The position numbers and the translations under genes are program-made. 64,000 nucleotides of DNA from an uncultured Phycisphaerales bacterium (GTDB lineage Bacteria; Planctomycetota; B15-G4; CAYZWU01): positions 5,077 to 69,076 of the forward strand of contig CAZUHB010000013.1 of the NCBI GenBank assembly GCA_964620445.1. The letters are read 5' to 3'. The notes under the pieces were generated by a model. The model did not search any database. It had not been told where the DNA came from and saw only the letters and a list, made by a program, of their open reading frames with translations. Positions 55,970-64,000 of this stretch are shown piece by piece (position 1 is the first letter of the stretch; every line of letters begins with the position of its first letter).

Positions 55970-58900
55970 TCATTCGAGAATAGAGTCTCCCTCTGATCCA
56001 AATTGCACGACGACGCTATGAGCGTCACCATCATCGACGAGAGAAACCGTACCGGATTCTTGAATCTCGCCGTCGACGCTCACACTCTCAACGTCATCCC
56101 CCGGTCCGGTCCGTTCGAAGGAGATGTCATACACCGCTGTTCCATTTCGGTAAACGATCTTGATCCTGTCCCAATCCGGTGGAAGGTGTGGGCGAAATCT
56201 CAGCTCTCCCTTTGAGCGCGTCATGCCGATGAGCGATTCCAGAATTGCCCGGTACATCCAACCGCATGATCCCGTATACCATGTCCAGCCCCCCCGCCCG
56301 CGGTAGGGCGGTCTGGAGTAGACGTCGGCAGCCGCCACATAGGGCTCCACCATGTACGTTTTGATTTTCTCGGGAGTGTCGCCGTGGTTGATCGGATTGA
56401 TCAGCGAGAGCAATTCCCAAGCGCGCTCGTTCTGTCCGAGAGCAGCGTAACCCATCACCGTCCAGACCGCCGCATGGGTGTACTGGCCGCCATTCTCTCG
56501 GACTCCGGGGACATATCCCTTGATGTAACCCGGTTCGAGTTCGGACTCATCAAAGGGAGGATCGAAGAGCTGGATGAGCTTCGCTTCCCGATCGACGAGC
56601 ATCTTGTCCACCGATTCCATGGCGATTTGCGTGCGATCATCCGCTCCCGCCCCTGACAGGGCCGCCCAGGCCTGGGGAATGGAATCGATCCTGCACTCGG
56701 AATTTTCCACCGAGCCGAGAGGTGTTCCATCATCGAAGTAAGCCCTGCGGTACCACTGGCCGTCCCAGGCATGGTTTTCAATGCTGTCCCTCAACCAACC
56801 GCTCTCCTCGGTGAGCCTGTCCAATAGTTCCCCATCACCCCGTTCCCGGGCGAGAGATCTGAATTCCTCCATTACGTGAACGAGGAAAAAGGCAAGCCAG
56901 ACGCTTTCGCCTTTCCCCTGGGCGCCGACGAGATTCATCCCGTCATTCCAGTCGCCGCAGCCCATGAGAGGCAGCCCTCGCTCCCCGAACCGGAGCGCTC
57001 TCAGGAGAGCGCGCACGCAGTGGTCGTAAAGCGTGCCAATCTCTTCGGACCGCGACGGTAAATCGTAATAGGCTTCCTCCCCGACACCGAGCGTCCGGCC
57101 GGTTATGTAGGGAATCTCCTCGTTCAGAACCGCACTGTCTCCCGTGGCCGACACGTAGCGGCACGCCGCGAGCGGCAGCCAGAGGAGGTCGTCGGAAAAA
57201 TTCGTACGGACGCCGCGACCCGACGGAGGGTGCCACCAGTGCTGGACATCTCCATCGACGAACTGCCGTTCGGCGCTGCGGATTAAGTGCTCGCGCAGGA
57301 TCGACGGATCGGCTTGAACCAGCGCCATCGAATCCTGGAGCTGGTCGCGGAACCCGAAAGCGCCCCCCGACTGGTAAAAGCCCGATCTCCCCCAGATCCG
57401 GCTGGAAAGGGTCTGGTAGAGCAGCCAACCGTTGGCAAGGAAGTTCACTGCCTTGTCGGGCGTCTCCACCTGCACGGTACGCAGCAAACGGTTCCAGTGG
57501 AGCCTCGTGGCGTTGAACGCGCGCCGCGCGGCGTTGCGCCCGCGATGGCGGCGCAGCATCCTGCGCGCCTCGTTGGAATTCCTCCCGCACCCCAGAATGA
57601 AATCGACCTCGCACGACTCACCGGGCTCGAGCGAAACAACGACCTGCAGCGCGGCGCAAGGATCGACAGCAGGGCCTGTGCGCCCCGAAAGCCCAATCCT
57701 GGACATCGCGGCCGGATCGGACATGGTCCCGTTGCGGCCGATGAACTCGGTCCGGTCGGTGGTGAACGTCCGTTCAGGATGGTTGACATCGACGAAGACC
57801 ACCCGTCCGCGAAAGTCGGTATTGAAAGAGTTGCGCGCCAGGATCGCCCCGGTCCGCGGATCGATCGAGGTGGTCACGTGCGGGCTGTTTTTCGTCCGGT
57901 GCTCACCGAGTACGAGCTCGCTATACCCGGTCACGGAGAGACGTCGTGCTCGATCCGACCTGTTGTGAAGCTGAATCGTCACGTACTTAACCGGAGCGTT
58001 CGTCGAGACGAAAACGGTCATCCTCGACGCCACACTCTCTTCGGTGTGCTCGAAAATGGTGTAGCCGAATCCGTGCCGGCAAGAATATGGCGTTGGCCCC
58101 GGTGCGGGAAGAGACGTGGGCGACCAGAAACGTCCCGACTCCTCGTCCCTGATGTAGAACGCCTCGCCGCTCCGATCGCTCACCGTATCGTTGTACCAGG
58201 GTGTGAGGCGGAATTCGTGAGCGTTCTCGCTCCACGTGTAGGACCCTCCCGACTCGGTGACGACGGTGCCAAATCCGGGATTTGCCAGCACGTTGGACCA
58301 GGGCGCAGGAGTGACCTTGCCGGGAGCGGTCACGATGACATACTCGCGCCCGCTCCGGCTGAAACCGCCCAGCCCGTTGAAGAAGGAGAGAGATCGCTCG
58401 GGAAGATCCACCTCCTCTGAAACGAGAATGGACTCATCGGCTCTTTCCGTCGGGACAAGAGACGGAGTGGATTCGAACTCGAGGCGCCGGCCGATCTGTT
58501 CAGCCAAACTGCCTCCTCCGTCGGTGATTATGATTCGCGCCACCGACTGCATCAGGATCTGATCGTCCTCGCCAATGTGTTCGATGCTCTTGACAAAGAT
58601 CGATCCCCGCAGATTCTCGAGCGAAACGTCGGTACCGGATGCAACCAGGCCCATGATCTCGTCCTGGAGAGGCTGCCTGTAGCCGGCATGCTCCTCGTTC
58701 CAGATGATCAGATCGACGGGCACGCCCTTGATGTTCCAGTAAGCGTGCGCCTGCACCAGCTGGCGCACGAGGGGCACGTTTTCCTGATCGCTGATCCGGA
58801 GCAGGACGATGGGAAGGTCTCCCGAGATGCTGTAACCCCATAGGCCCGACTGGCCGCGCTTGTTTTTCATCAGGACGGCCGGCGGCGCGCGGTGGGCTGG

Positions 58901-61900
58901 ATTGGAATAGATGATCGAGCTCGCGAGGCGGCCGAAGAGCTGGGCGTCGGCCTCGGTGGCGTTGAGCTGGCGGAGTACGACCTGGGCGTGGGTCCAGGCG
59001 AGGTCGAAAACCCGTTCCGCCAGCCGGCGGTCATGGTATTTTTCGGCCAGATCGAGAGCATGGTCCCGCGAGACGCTCATACCGGAGACGATGTCGATGA
59101 CGGCTGTTTCCTCGGGCATGATCGTCACGGTTCGCCGTACGGCAACGATCGGATCGAGGACCGAGCCCTCGGCGTTCGACAGCGCGCCCGGAGCATCCAT
59201 GGCCGCGGGGTGGGCGATCGTTCTGCAGCGACCCACGAAGCGAGCCCGGTCGGTTTCGAACGACACCTCGCCCTCGTCGGCCGGAATGGCCACAGCCGTT
59301 TCGTGGAGCGTCATCATGTGAAACATCCAGGGCGGAGTCTCATCCTTGGAGCGCTTGCGGCGCGTGCAGAGCACGGCCGGTGGCTCGCGGACGATCTCGG
59401 TCTGGACGAAGAGGTTGCTGAAAGCGGGGTGGGCCGCGTCATGCGAAGAGGGAACGAGCACGACCTCGGCATAGCTGGTGAGTTCCACGGTGCGCGGCGA
59501 ATCCGACCTGTTGGTGAGACTCACGCGCCGGAGTTCCACGTCGTCCTCGGGAGAGACAGACACCTTCATGTGCGTGTCGAAATCGCCATCTCTCCGCCGG
59601 AATTCGGCCCGCGCCTGAAGAAAGAGAGCCTGATAGTTTTCAGGCTGTCCTCGAAGAGGCTGATGGCCGGCAGACCAAACTTGTCCCGTCTCCACATCGC
59701 GCAGAAAGCAGAATGTCCCCCAGTGATCGCGTGTCGTGTCCTCGTGCCAGCGCGTCACGGCGAGATCGTTCCAGCGGCTGTATCCCCCACCGGAGTTGGT
59801 GATCATCACGCTGTACCGGCCGTTGGACAGGAGATGCACCTCGGGAATCTGCGTGTTGGGATCGTCGAAGATACGCATGAGTGCTTGCTGAGGAGCGACC
59901 GTAGGCGGGACTCCGTCGTGGTCGACTTCGTGGGGGTAGAATGGTTTCGCCTTGGGAATCCTTTCCTGAAGGAGGAGCTCTGTCGCGCGGAAGAGGGGCT
60001 CCTTCAGGAACCGTCTTCGCATGGGACGATCGAGCAGCACGTGGGCCATGGAGAGGAGACTCATTGCCTGGTGATGAGCCATGAACGAGCGGACCACGGC
60101 GTATTCCTTGTCCGGCGGACGCCGAGAGGGAGTAAAGTCGATCGCCTCGTAAAATCCAAAGTCCCCGTAAAATCCCATCTCGGCCATGCGCTGCAGGTTT
60201 GCGCAAGCGCTCCTGGGTGACACCATCAAGGCGAGCGCCGACGCGTAAGGTGCGATGACGAGATCGTCGGCCAAGTCGCGCTTGAAACCGAAACCTGGAA
60301 CGCCGAAGGAGCGGTACTGATAGTTCTTCTGCGTATCGATGGCATTGTAGCCCGACTCTGAGATTCCCCACGGGATACCGCACTGCTTGCCGTACTGCGC
60401 CTGGCGTTCGACCACAGCGCGCAGGCTGCGGCCAAGCAGGGTTCCCTCGTGGTCGGGCATGACCAGGAGGGGCATGAGATATTCGAACATCGATCCGCCC
60501 CAGGAGATCAGCGCGGTCTTACCACCCGAACGGGTCAGAAGACGCCCCAGGGCGAACCAGTGATCCTGCGCGAGATGCCCCTGGGCGATCGCCACGAAGC
60601 TGCTCAGGCGCGCCTCCGATGCGAGGAGGTCGTAGCAGCTCCCGTCGAGTCGGTGTTCGCTCACGTTGTAGCCGATGGCCAGGAGCCGGCGTTTCTTGTC
60701 GAAGATGAAATCGTAGTCGAAGTCGGAGAGCGCCCAGCACTGCGCGGCGAGCGCCTCGATCGACTCGATCCTCTCCGCCGCGTTGCGTGCTGCGGTGCTG
60801 ATGCGCTCCTCCAGGTCGGACAGCCATTGACAAGCTTCGTCGTCGGGGGCGCTGTGTTCCTCGAGACCGGCCGGTGCTTTCTCGCGAATCCTTTCGATGA
60901 TATGAAGGATGCTAGTCTCGGCGTTCGCGAGCAATCGAAGGCTCGGGACGGCATCGAGCTGATCGAGTTCCTCTCTGAGCTGGCGCGGGTCCCCTTCTGC
61001 AGCGCCATTCGGATCGAGCACGCTTGCGGCGCGAGGCAGGATATCCAGCCATGGAGCGAGACGTTCCATGTCGCTGCAAAGCTCCGCTATCTGGCGAAGA
61101 AGTGTCTTCGTCCACCAGGCCGTCTCCTCATCGAGGCTCGAACCCGCTTTCTGCTCGAAGGCGCGCACCGCCTCATCCGCGTCAGCAACCATGCCCTGCA
61201 ACTGGGAAAGTCGAGTGGGCTCCACCCGCAGCCTCTCAGCGAGCGGACGCAGTGCGTCGACTGCACTAGGATCGATCTTCTCCCTACTCTTGTCCTCCTC
61301 CCTGCGGCGCGGTGCCGCCGTGGCTTGCAGCAGTTCTACGAGCGTGTCAGCCAGACCCCCGGTCGAGGTGAGCGAAATGATCGGGGCGTCGATAATTTCG
61401 AAAAGCCCCTGGCGCAGAGTGAGCAGATGCCCGGCGAGATTTCCGCTGTCCACGGTCGACACGTAGAGCGGGTGGAGCGGTTCGAGAGTGCGAGTATCGT
61501 ACCAGTTGTAGAAATGCCGCCGGAAGCGGTCCAAGCGCCCCATTGTTTCGATCGTCGAAGCGGTCCGTTCGATGAGCGTGCCGGCAGGGATGAAACCGAG
61601 ATCGTAAGCAGAGAGGTTTGCGAGAAGCGCTAGGCCAATATTCGTGGGAGAGGTTCGGTGGGCGAGTGCCTCGGTGGGCTGCTCCTGGAAATTGTCGGGC
61701 GGCAGCCAGTTCTCGTCTGGACCGACGAATTCTTCGAAATACCTCCATGTCCGCCGCGCCGATGCCCGGAGAAAGTCTTTCTTCTTATCCGAAAGACGGA
61801 CGGTCTTTCGAATCAACGGAAGGCTCGCCCACCAGGCAATGAGGGGCGACAGAAACCAGAGTCCCAGGATGGGCGCTGCCGCTGCCAGGCTCTCGGGCCG

Positions 61901-64000
61901 CGTCCAGGCAAGCCCTGCGACAAGTGCGATGGAGAAGGCCGGTGCAGTCCACATCGAACGCAGGTGGCTCAAAAGATCGGATCGACTCGCGTCGAGCGCG
62001 TCGCTCGAGGGAGTCCATTGCAAGAGGCGCCGTCGTGTCACGAAGAGTCTCGCCAAGGTCCGAAGTATCGCGTCGAGGCAGAACATGGTTTCGAAAGGAA
62101 GCATGACCACCGTGAACAGGGCCTGCGTGAGGTTGCGCGCCACTGCGCGCGAAGCCCAGGAGAGGTGGATACCCAGCGTCACATTGCCTGGACGGCGGGA
62201 GAGATCAATCCAGGAGAGAAGGAAGGGCGTCAGAAAGATCGTTCCCACGGCCAAGAGGGTCCAGACCAGGGGTTCGGCCCAGAAAACCCATCCGACGATG
62301 AGCAGAAGGGTGAGAGCCGCCGGCACGAGACTGCGCCTCAAATTGTCGAAGATCTTCCAGCGAGACACCGCGGAGAGGGGATTAGGCGACTGGCCATCAC
62401 CTGCAGAGGGCACGCTGCCAAAAAGCCACGATGCGATCTGCCAGTCGCCGCGGATCCAGCGGTGCCGGCGGTTGACATCGACCATGTAGCGTGGTGGAAA
62501 ATCCTCGTAGAGCTGCACCGTGGTCACCAGGCCGGCTCGCGCGTGACACCCCTCGAGGAGGTCATGGCTCAGGATGCGGTTCTCGGGAAAGCGTCCTTCG
62601 AGTACACGCACAAAAGCGTCCACGTCGTAGATCCCTTTGCCGATGAACGATCCCTCGCCGAAAAGGTCCTGGTAAACGTCCGAAACGGATCGCGTGTACG
62701 GATCGATCCCGGGATCTCCCCCAAAAAGACGTAGGAACCAGGACGGGCTCGCATTGTTCATCCCCACTGCCAAACGGGGCTGAAGGATGGCGTAACCATC
62801 GAGGAGACGGTTCCCGGTTCGATCGTAGAGAGGCTGGTTGAGCGGATGGGCCATCGCTCCCGCGAGCGCCCGGGCCGCGTCGCGCGGCAACTCGGTATCC
62901 GTGTCGAGTGTGATCACGTACTTGATCTCGGACAATATCGTCGTGTCACCCACGATCATGGAAAACGGATCTCGCGAACCTCCTCGCAGGAGAGCGTTCA
63001 GATCTGAAAGCTTACCCCGCTTGCGCTCGTACCCCATCCAGACCTTTTCACGGTGATTCCATCGACGCGGTCGGTGAAGAAGAAAAAACCGGTTTCCGTT
63101 CCGTTTGCCATACCGGGCATTGAGCCGCTCAACGCCCTTTCTGGCCAGTCTGACGAGCCGATCGTCGTCCGGCATGTTCTCTTCCGACGCATCGCGAAAA
63201 TCGGTGAGGAGACAGAAGTGCACCCTCCTGTCTCTGTTCCCAAGGAAACGGATCTCCAGGCCTTCAAGGAGATCGCGCACACCAGCCGGGCTGCCGAGCA
63301 GGGTGGGAACAACGACGAGTGTGCGCGATTCTGACGGGATCCCCTTGGAGTAGTCCATGCTCGGCCGGACGTCGGGGCTGACGACCACTGTGGCGAACCA
63401 GTTGACGATCCCGACGGTGAAGTGGCTCGCGCAGAGAAGCATCAATATTCCGAGAACGAGAAGTGCGCCAAAGGGAAGACCAAGCGCTGAGCCCAGGAGA
63501 ATCACTCCTGCGGTGATGACGCCCGTGGTGAGAGTGATCGCGCCAAGGTAGAGTGGAGCCGCCCTGAGGCGACCGAATTTCCTCACACGCTTGGCAAGGC
63601 CAAGGCGAACTCCCAGACGGCGTTCCAAGGCTGGAAGCCCCTTGCCGACCAGATAGTGTCCCACGTGCCGGTTGCGGTCGTGCGCTTCAGGAGAAGTTGA
63701 ACCAGCTTTCGCTATTTCCACTACCTCCGTTGCAACCTCTGTCTCGGTGCAACCGCAGGAGCGTGCCAGGATTTCCACAACATGGCGATAGAGATCACGC
63801 GAATCGAAATCCATACGATCGTAGACGCTCGCCGGATCGGTCCGGAGAACCTTGTGGACCGCGCTAACCGATTCGACGAACTCGCGCCAGTCGATGGCTT
63901 CGAGAACGCGGAGGCTGCCGATACTGTTGCTGATCGTCACCAGATCGGCAGCCTGTTTCTGGCTCTCCGACTGGACCAGGTCTTTGATGGCCAATCCCTG
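55970..64000 (-). CDS. Cyclic beta-1,2-glucan synthase (NdvB/Cgs/ChvB-like: TM region, GT84 domain, GH94 domain); N-terminus beyond the window
   Basis: GT84 core (ILSEIKYVITLDTDTELPRDAAR, HRWIRGDWQIASWLF) and C-terminal GH94/cellobiose-phosphorylase-like regions (ISWGGSMFEYLMPLLVMP, YTHAAVW); more than 2674 aa, open at the window end. Confidence 0.85.
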   Translation of the reverse strand, partial: QGLAIKDLVQSESQKQAADLVTISNSIGSLRVLEAIDWREFVESVSAVHKVLRTDPASVYDRMDFDSRDLYRHVVEILARSCGCTETEVATEVVEIAKAGSTSPEAHDRNRHVGHYLVGKGLPALERRLGVRLGLAKRVRKFGRLRAAPLYLGAITLTTGVITAGVILLGSALGLPFGALLVLGILMLLCASHFTVGIVNWFATVVVSPDVRPSMDYSKGIPSESRTLVVVPTLLGSPAGVRDLLEGLEIRFLGNRDRRVHFCLLTDFRDASEENMPDDDRLVRLARKGVERLNARYGKRNGNRFFLLHRPRRWNHREKVWMGYERKRGKLSDLNALLRGGSRDPFSMIVGDTTILSEIKYVITLDTDTELPRDAARALAGAMAHPLNQPLYDRTGNRLLDGYAILQPRLAVGMNNASPSWFLRLFGGDPGIDPYTRSVSDVYQDLFGEGSFIGKGIYDVDAFVRVLEGRFPENRILSHDLLEGCHARAGLVTTVQLYEDFPPRYMVDVNRRHRWIRGDWQIASWLFGSVPSAGDGQSPNPLSAVSRWKIFDNLRRSLVPAALTLLLIVGWVFWAEPLVWTLLAVGTIFLTPFLLSWIDLSRRPGNVTLGIHLSWASRAVARNLTQALFTVVMLPFETMFCLDAILRTLARLFVTRRRLLQWTPSSDALDASRSDLLSHLRSMWTAPAFSIALVAGLAWTRPESLAAAAPILGLWFLSPLIAWWASLPLIRKTVRLSDKKKDFLRASARRTWRYFEEFVGPDENWLPPDNFQEQPTEALAHRTSPTNIGLALLANLSAYDLGFIPAGTLIERTASTIETMGRLDRFRRHFYNWYDTRTLEPLHPLYVSTVDSGNLAGHLLTLRQGLFEIIDAPIISLTSTGGLADTLVELLQATAAPRRREEDKSREKIDPSAVDALRPLAERLRVEPTRLSQLQGMVADADEAVRAFEQKAGSSLDEETAWWTKTLLRQIAELCSDMERLAPWLDILPRAASVLDPNGAAEGDPRQLREELDQLDAVPSLRLLANAETSILHIIERIREKAPAGLEEHSAPDDEACQWLSDLEERISTAARNAAERIESIEALAAQCWALSDFDYDFIFDKKRRLLAIGYNVSEHRLDGSCYDLLASEARLSSFVAIAQGHLAQDHWFALGRLLTRSGGKTALISWGGSMFEYLMPLLVMPDHEGTLLGRSLRAVVERQAQYGKQCGIPWGISESGYNAIDTQKNYQYRSFGVPGFGFKRDLADDLVIAPYASALALMVSPRSACANLQRMAEMGFYGDFGFYEAIDFTPSRRPPDKEYAVVRSFMAHHQAMSLLSMAHVLLDRPMRRRFLKEPLFRATELLLQERIPKAKPFYPHEVDHDGVPPTVAPQQALMRIFDDPNTQIPEVHLLSNGRYSVMITNSGGGYSRWNDLAVTRWHEDTTRDHWGTFCFLRDVETGQVWSAGHQPLRGQPENYQALFLQARAEFRRRDGDFDTHMKVSVSPEDDVELRRVSLTNRSDSPRTVELTSYAEVVLVPSSHDAAHPAFSNLFVQTEIVREPPAVLCTRRKRSKDETPPWMFHMMTLHETAVAIPADEGEVSFETDRARFVGRCRTIAHPAAMDAPGALSNAEGSVLDPIVAVRRTVTIMPEETAVIDIVSGMSVSRDHALDLAEKYHDRRLAERVFDLAWTHAQVVLRQLNATEADAQLFGRLASSIIYSNPAHRAPPAVLMKNKRGQSGLWGYSISGDLPIVLLRISDQENVPLVRQLVQAHAYWNIKGVPVDLIIWNEEHAGYRQPLQDEIMGLVASGTDVSLENLRGSIFVKSIEHIGEDDQILMQSVARIIITDGGGSLAEQIGRRLEFESTPSLVPTERADESILVSEEVDLPERSLSFFNGLGGFSRSGREYVIVTAPGKVTPAPWSNVLANPGFGTVVTESGGSYTWSENAHEFRLTPWYNDTVSDRSGEAFYIRDEESGRFWSPTSLPAPGPTPYSCRHGFGYTIFEHTEESVASRMTVFVSTNAPVKYVTIQLHNRSDRARRLSVTGYSELVLGEHRTKNSPHVTTSIDPRTGAILARNSFNTDFRGRVVFVDVNHPERTFTTDRTEFIGRNGTMSDPAAMSRIGLSGRTGPAVDPCAALQVVVSLEPGESCEVDFILGCGRNSNEARRMLRRHRGRNAARRAFNATRLHWNRLLRTVQVETPDKAVNFLANGWLLYQTLSSRIWGRSGFYQSGGAFGFRDQLQDSMALVQADPSILREHLIRSAERQFVDGDVQHWWHPPSGRGVRTNFSDDLLWLPLAACRYVSATGDSAVLNEEIPYITGRTLGVGEEAYYDLPSRSEEIGTLYDHCVRALLRALRFGERGLPLMGCGDWNDGMNLVGAQGKGESVWLAFFLVHVMEEFRSLARERGDGELLDRLTEESGWLRDSIENHAWDGQWYRRAYFDDGTPLGSVENSECRIDSIPQAWAALSGAGADDRTQIAMESVDKMLVDREAKLIQLFDPPFDESELEPGYIKGYVPGVRENGGQYTHAAVWTVMGYAALGQNERAWELLSLINPINHGDTPEKIKTYMVEPYVAAADVYSRPPYRGRGGWTWYTGSCGWMYRAILESLIGMTRSKGELRFRPHLPPDWDRIKIVYRNGTAVYDISFERTGPGDDVESVSVDGEIQESGTVSLVDDGDAHSVVVQFGSEGDSILE

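Noticed and set aside
57287-58420. 377-aa plus-strand ORF and other internal ORFs within 55970..63994
   Set aside because: All lie inside or antisense to the cyclic glucan synthase gene, whose GT84 and GH94 motifs define the true frame.
1-64000. CRISPR arrays, IS elements, integrase or phage structural genes
   Set aside because: No regularly spaced direct repeats, no transposase or integrase-like ORFs, and no terminal inverted repeats were found on either strand.

Overview
High-GC (about 63%) bacterial chromosomal window of roughly 48 genes, mostly core metabolism and envelope functions; no CRISPR array, intact transposase or intact prophage was recognised. Left to right: a coupled iscS-like cysteine desulfurase and thiI pair; an alpha-glucan cluster (GH15 glucoamylase, glycogen-synthase-like GT, GH57); a minus-strand aminotransferase-queE-der-macro-domain operon; a Ser/Thr kinase coupled to a YkgJ-type metal-chelating protein; a ClpB-D2-type AAA+ ATPase followed by a SurA-like PPIase and a beta-helix exoprotein; pgi; an orphan RND pump; a nitronate-monooxygenase/FGE-domain/unknown/GT2-like operon; a HEAT-repeat protein and an 876-aa zincin lipoprotein; ruvC; ispD and ispF; a TroA-type metal ABC importer whose two permeases each carry a C-terminal DtxR-like winged-helix domain; two GT4 genes; a rubrerythrin-like protein; several small or unknown genes; a cytoplasmic poly-HAMP hybrid histidine kinase with a Cys-rich N-terminus co-operonic with a TusA-like protein and a dual-PAS protein; secreted beta-propeller (SBBP) proteins; a low-GC patch holding a tRNA-Gly 5' fragment; and a partial giant cyclic beta-1,2-glucan synthase (>2674 aa) running off the window end. 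The most unusual items are the permease-DtxR fusions, the Cys-rich HK/TusA/PAS signalling operon, the uncharacterised NMO-FGE-unknown-GT2 operon, the tRNA fragment and AT-rich islands, and two small genes missed by the ORF track.
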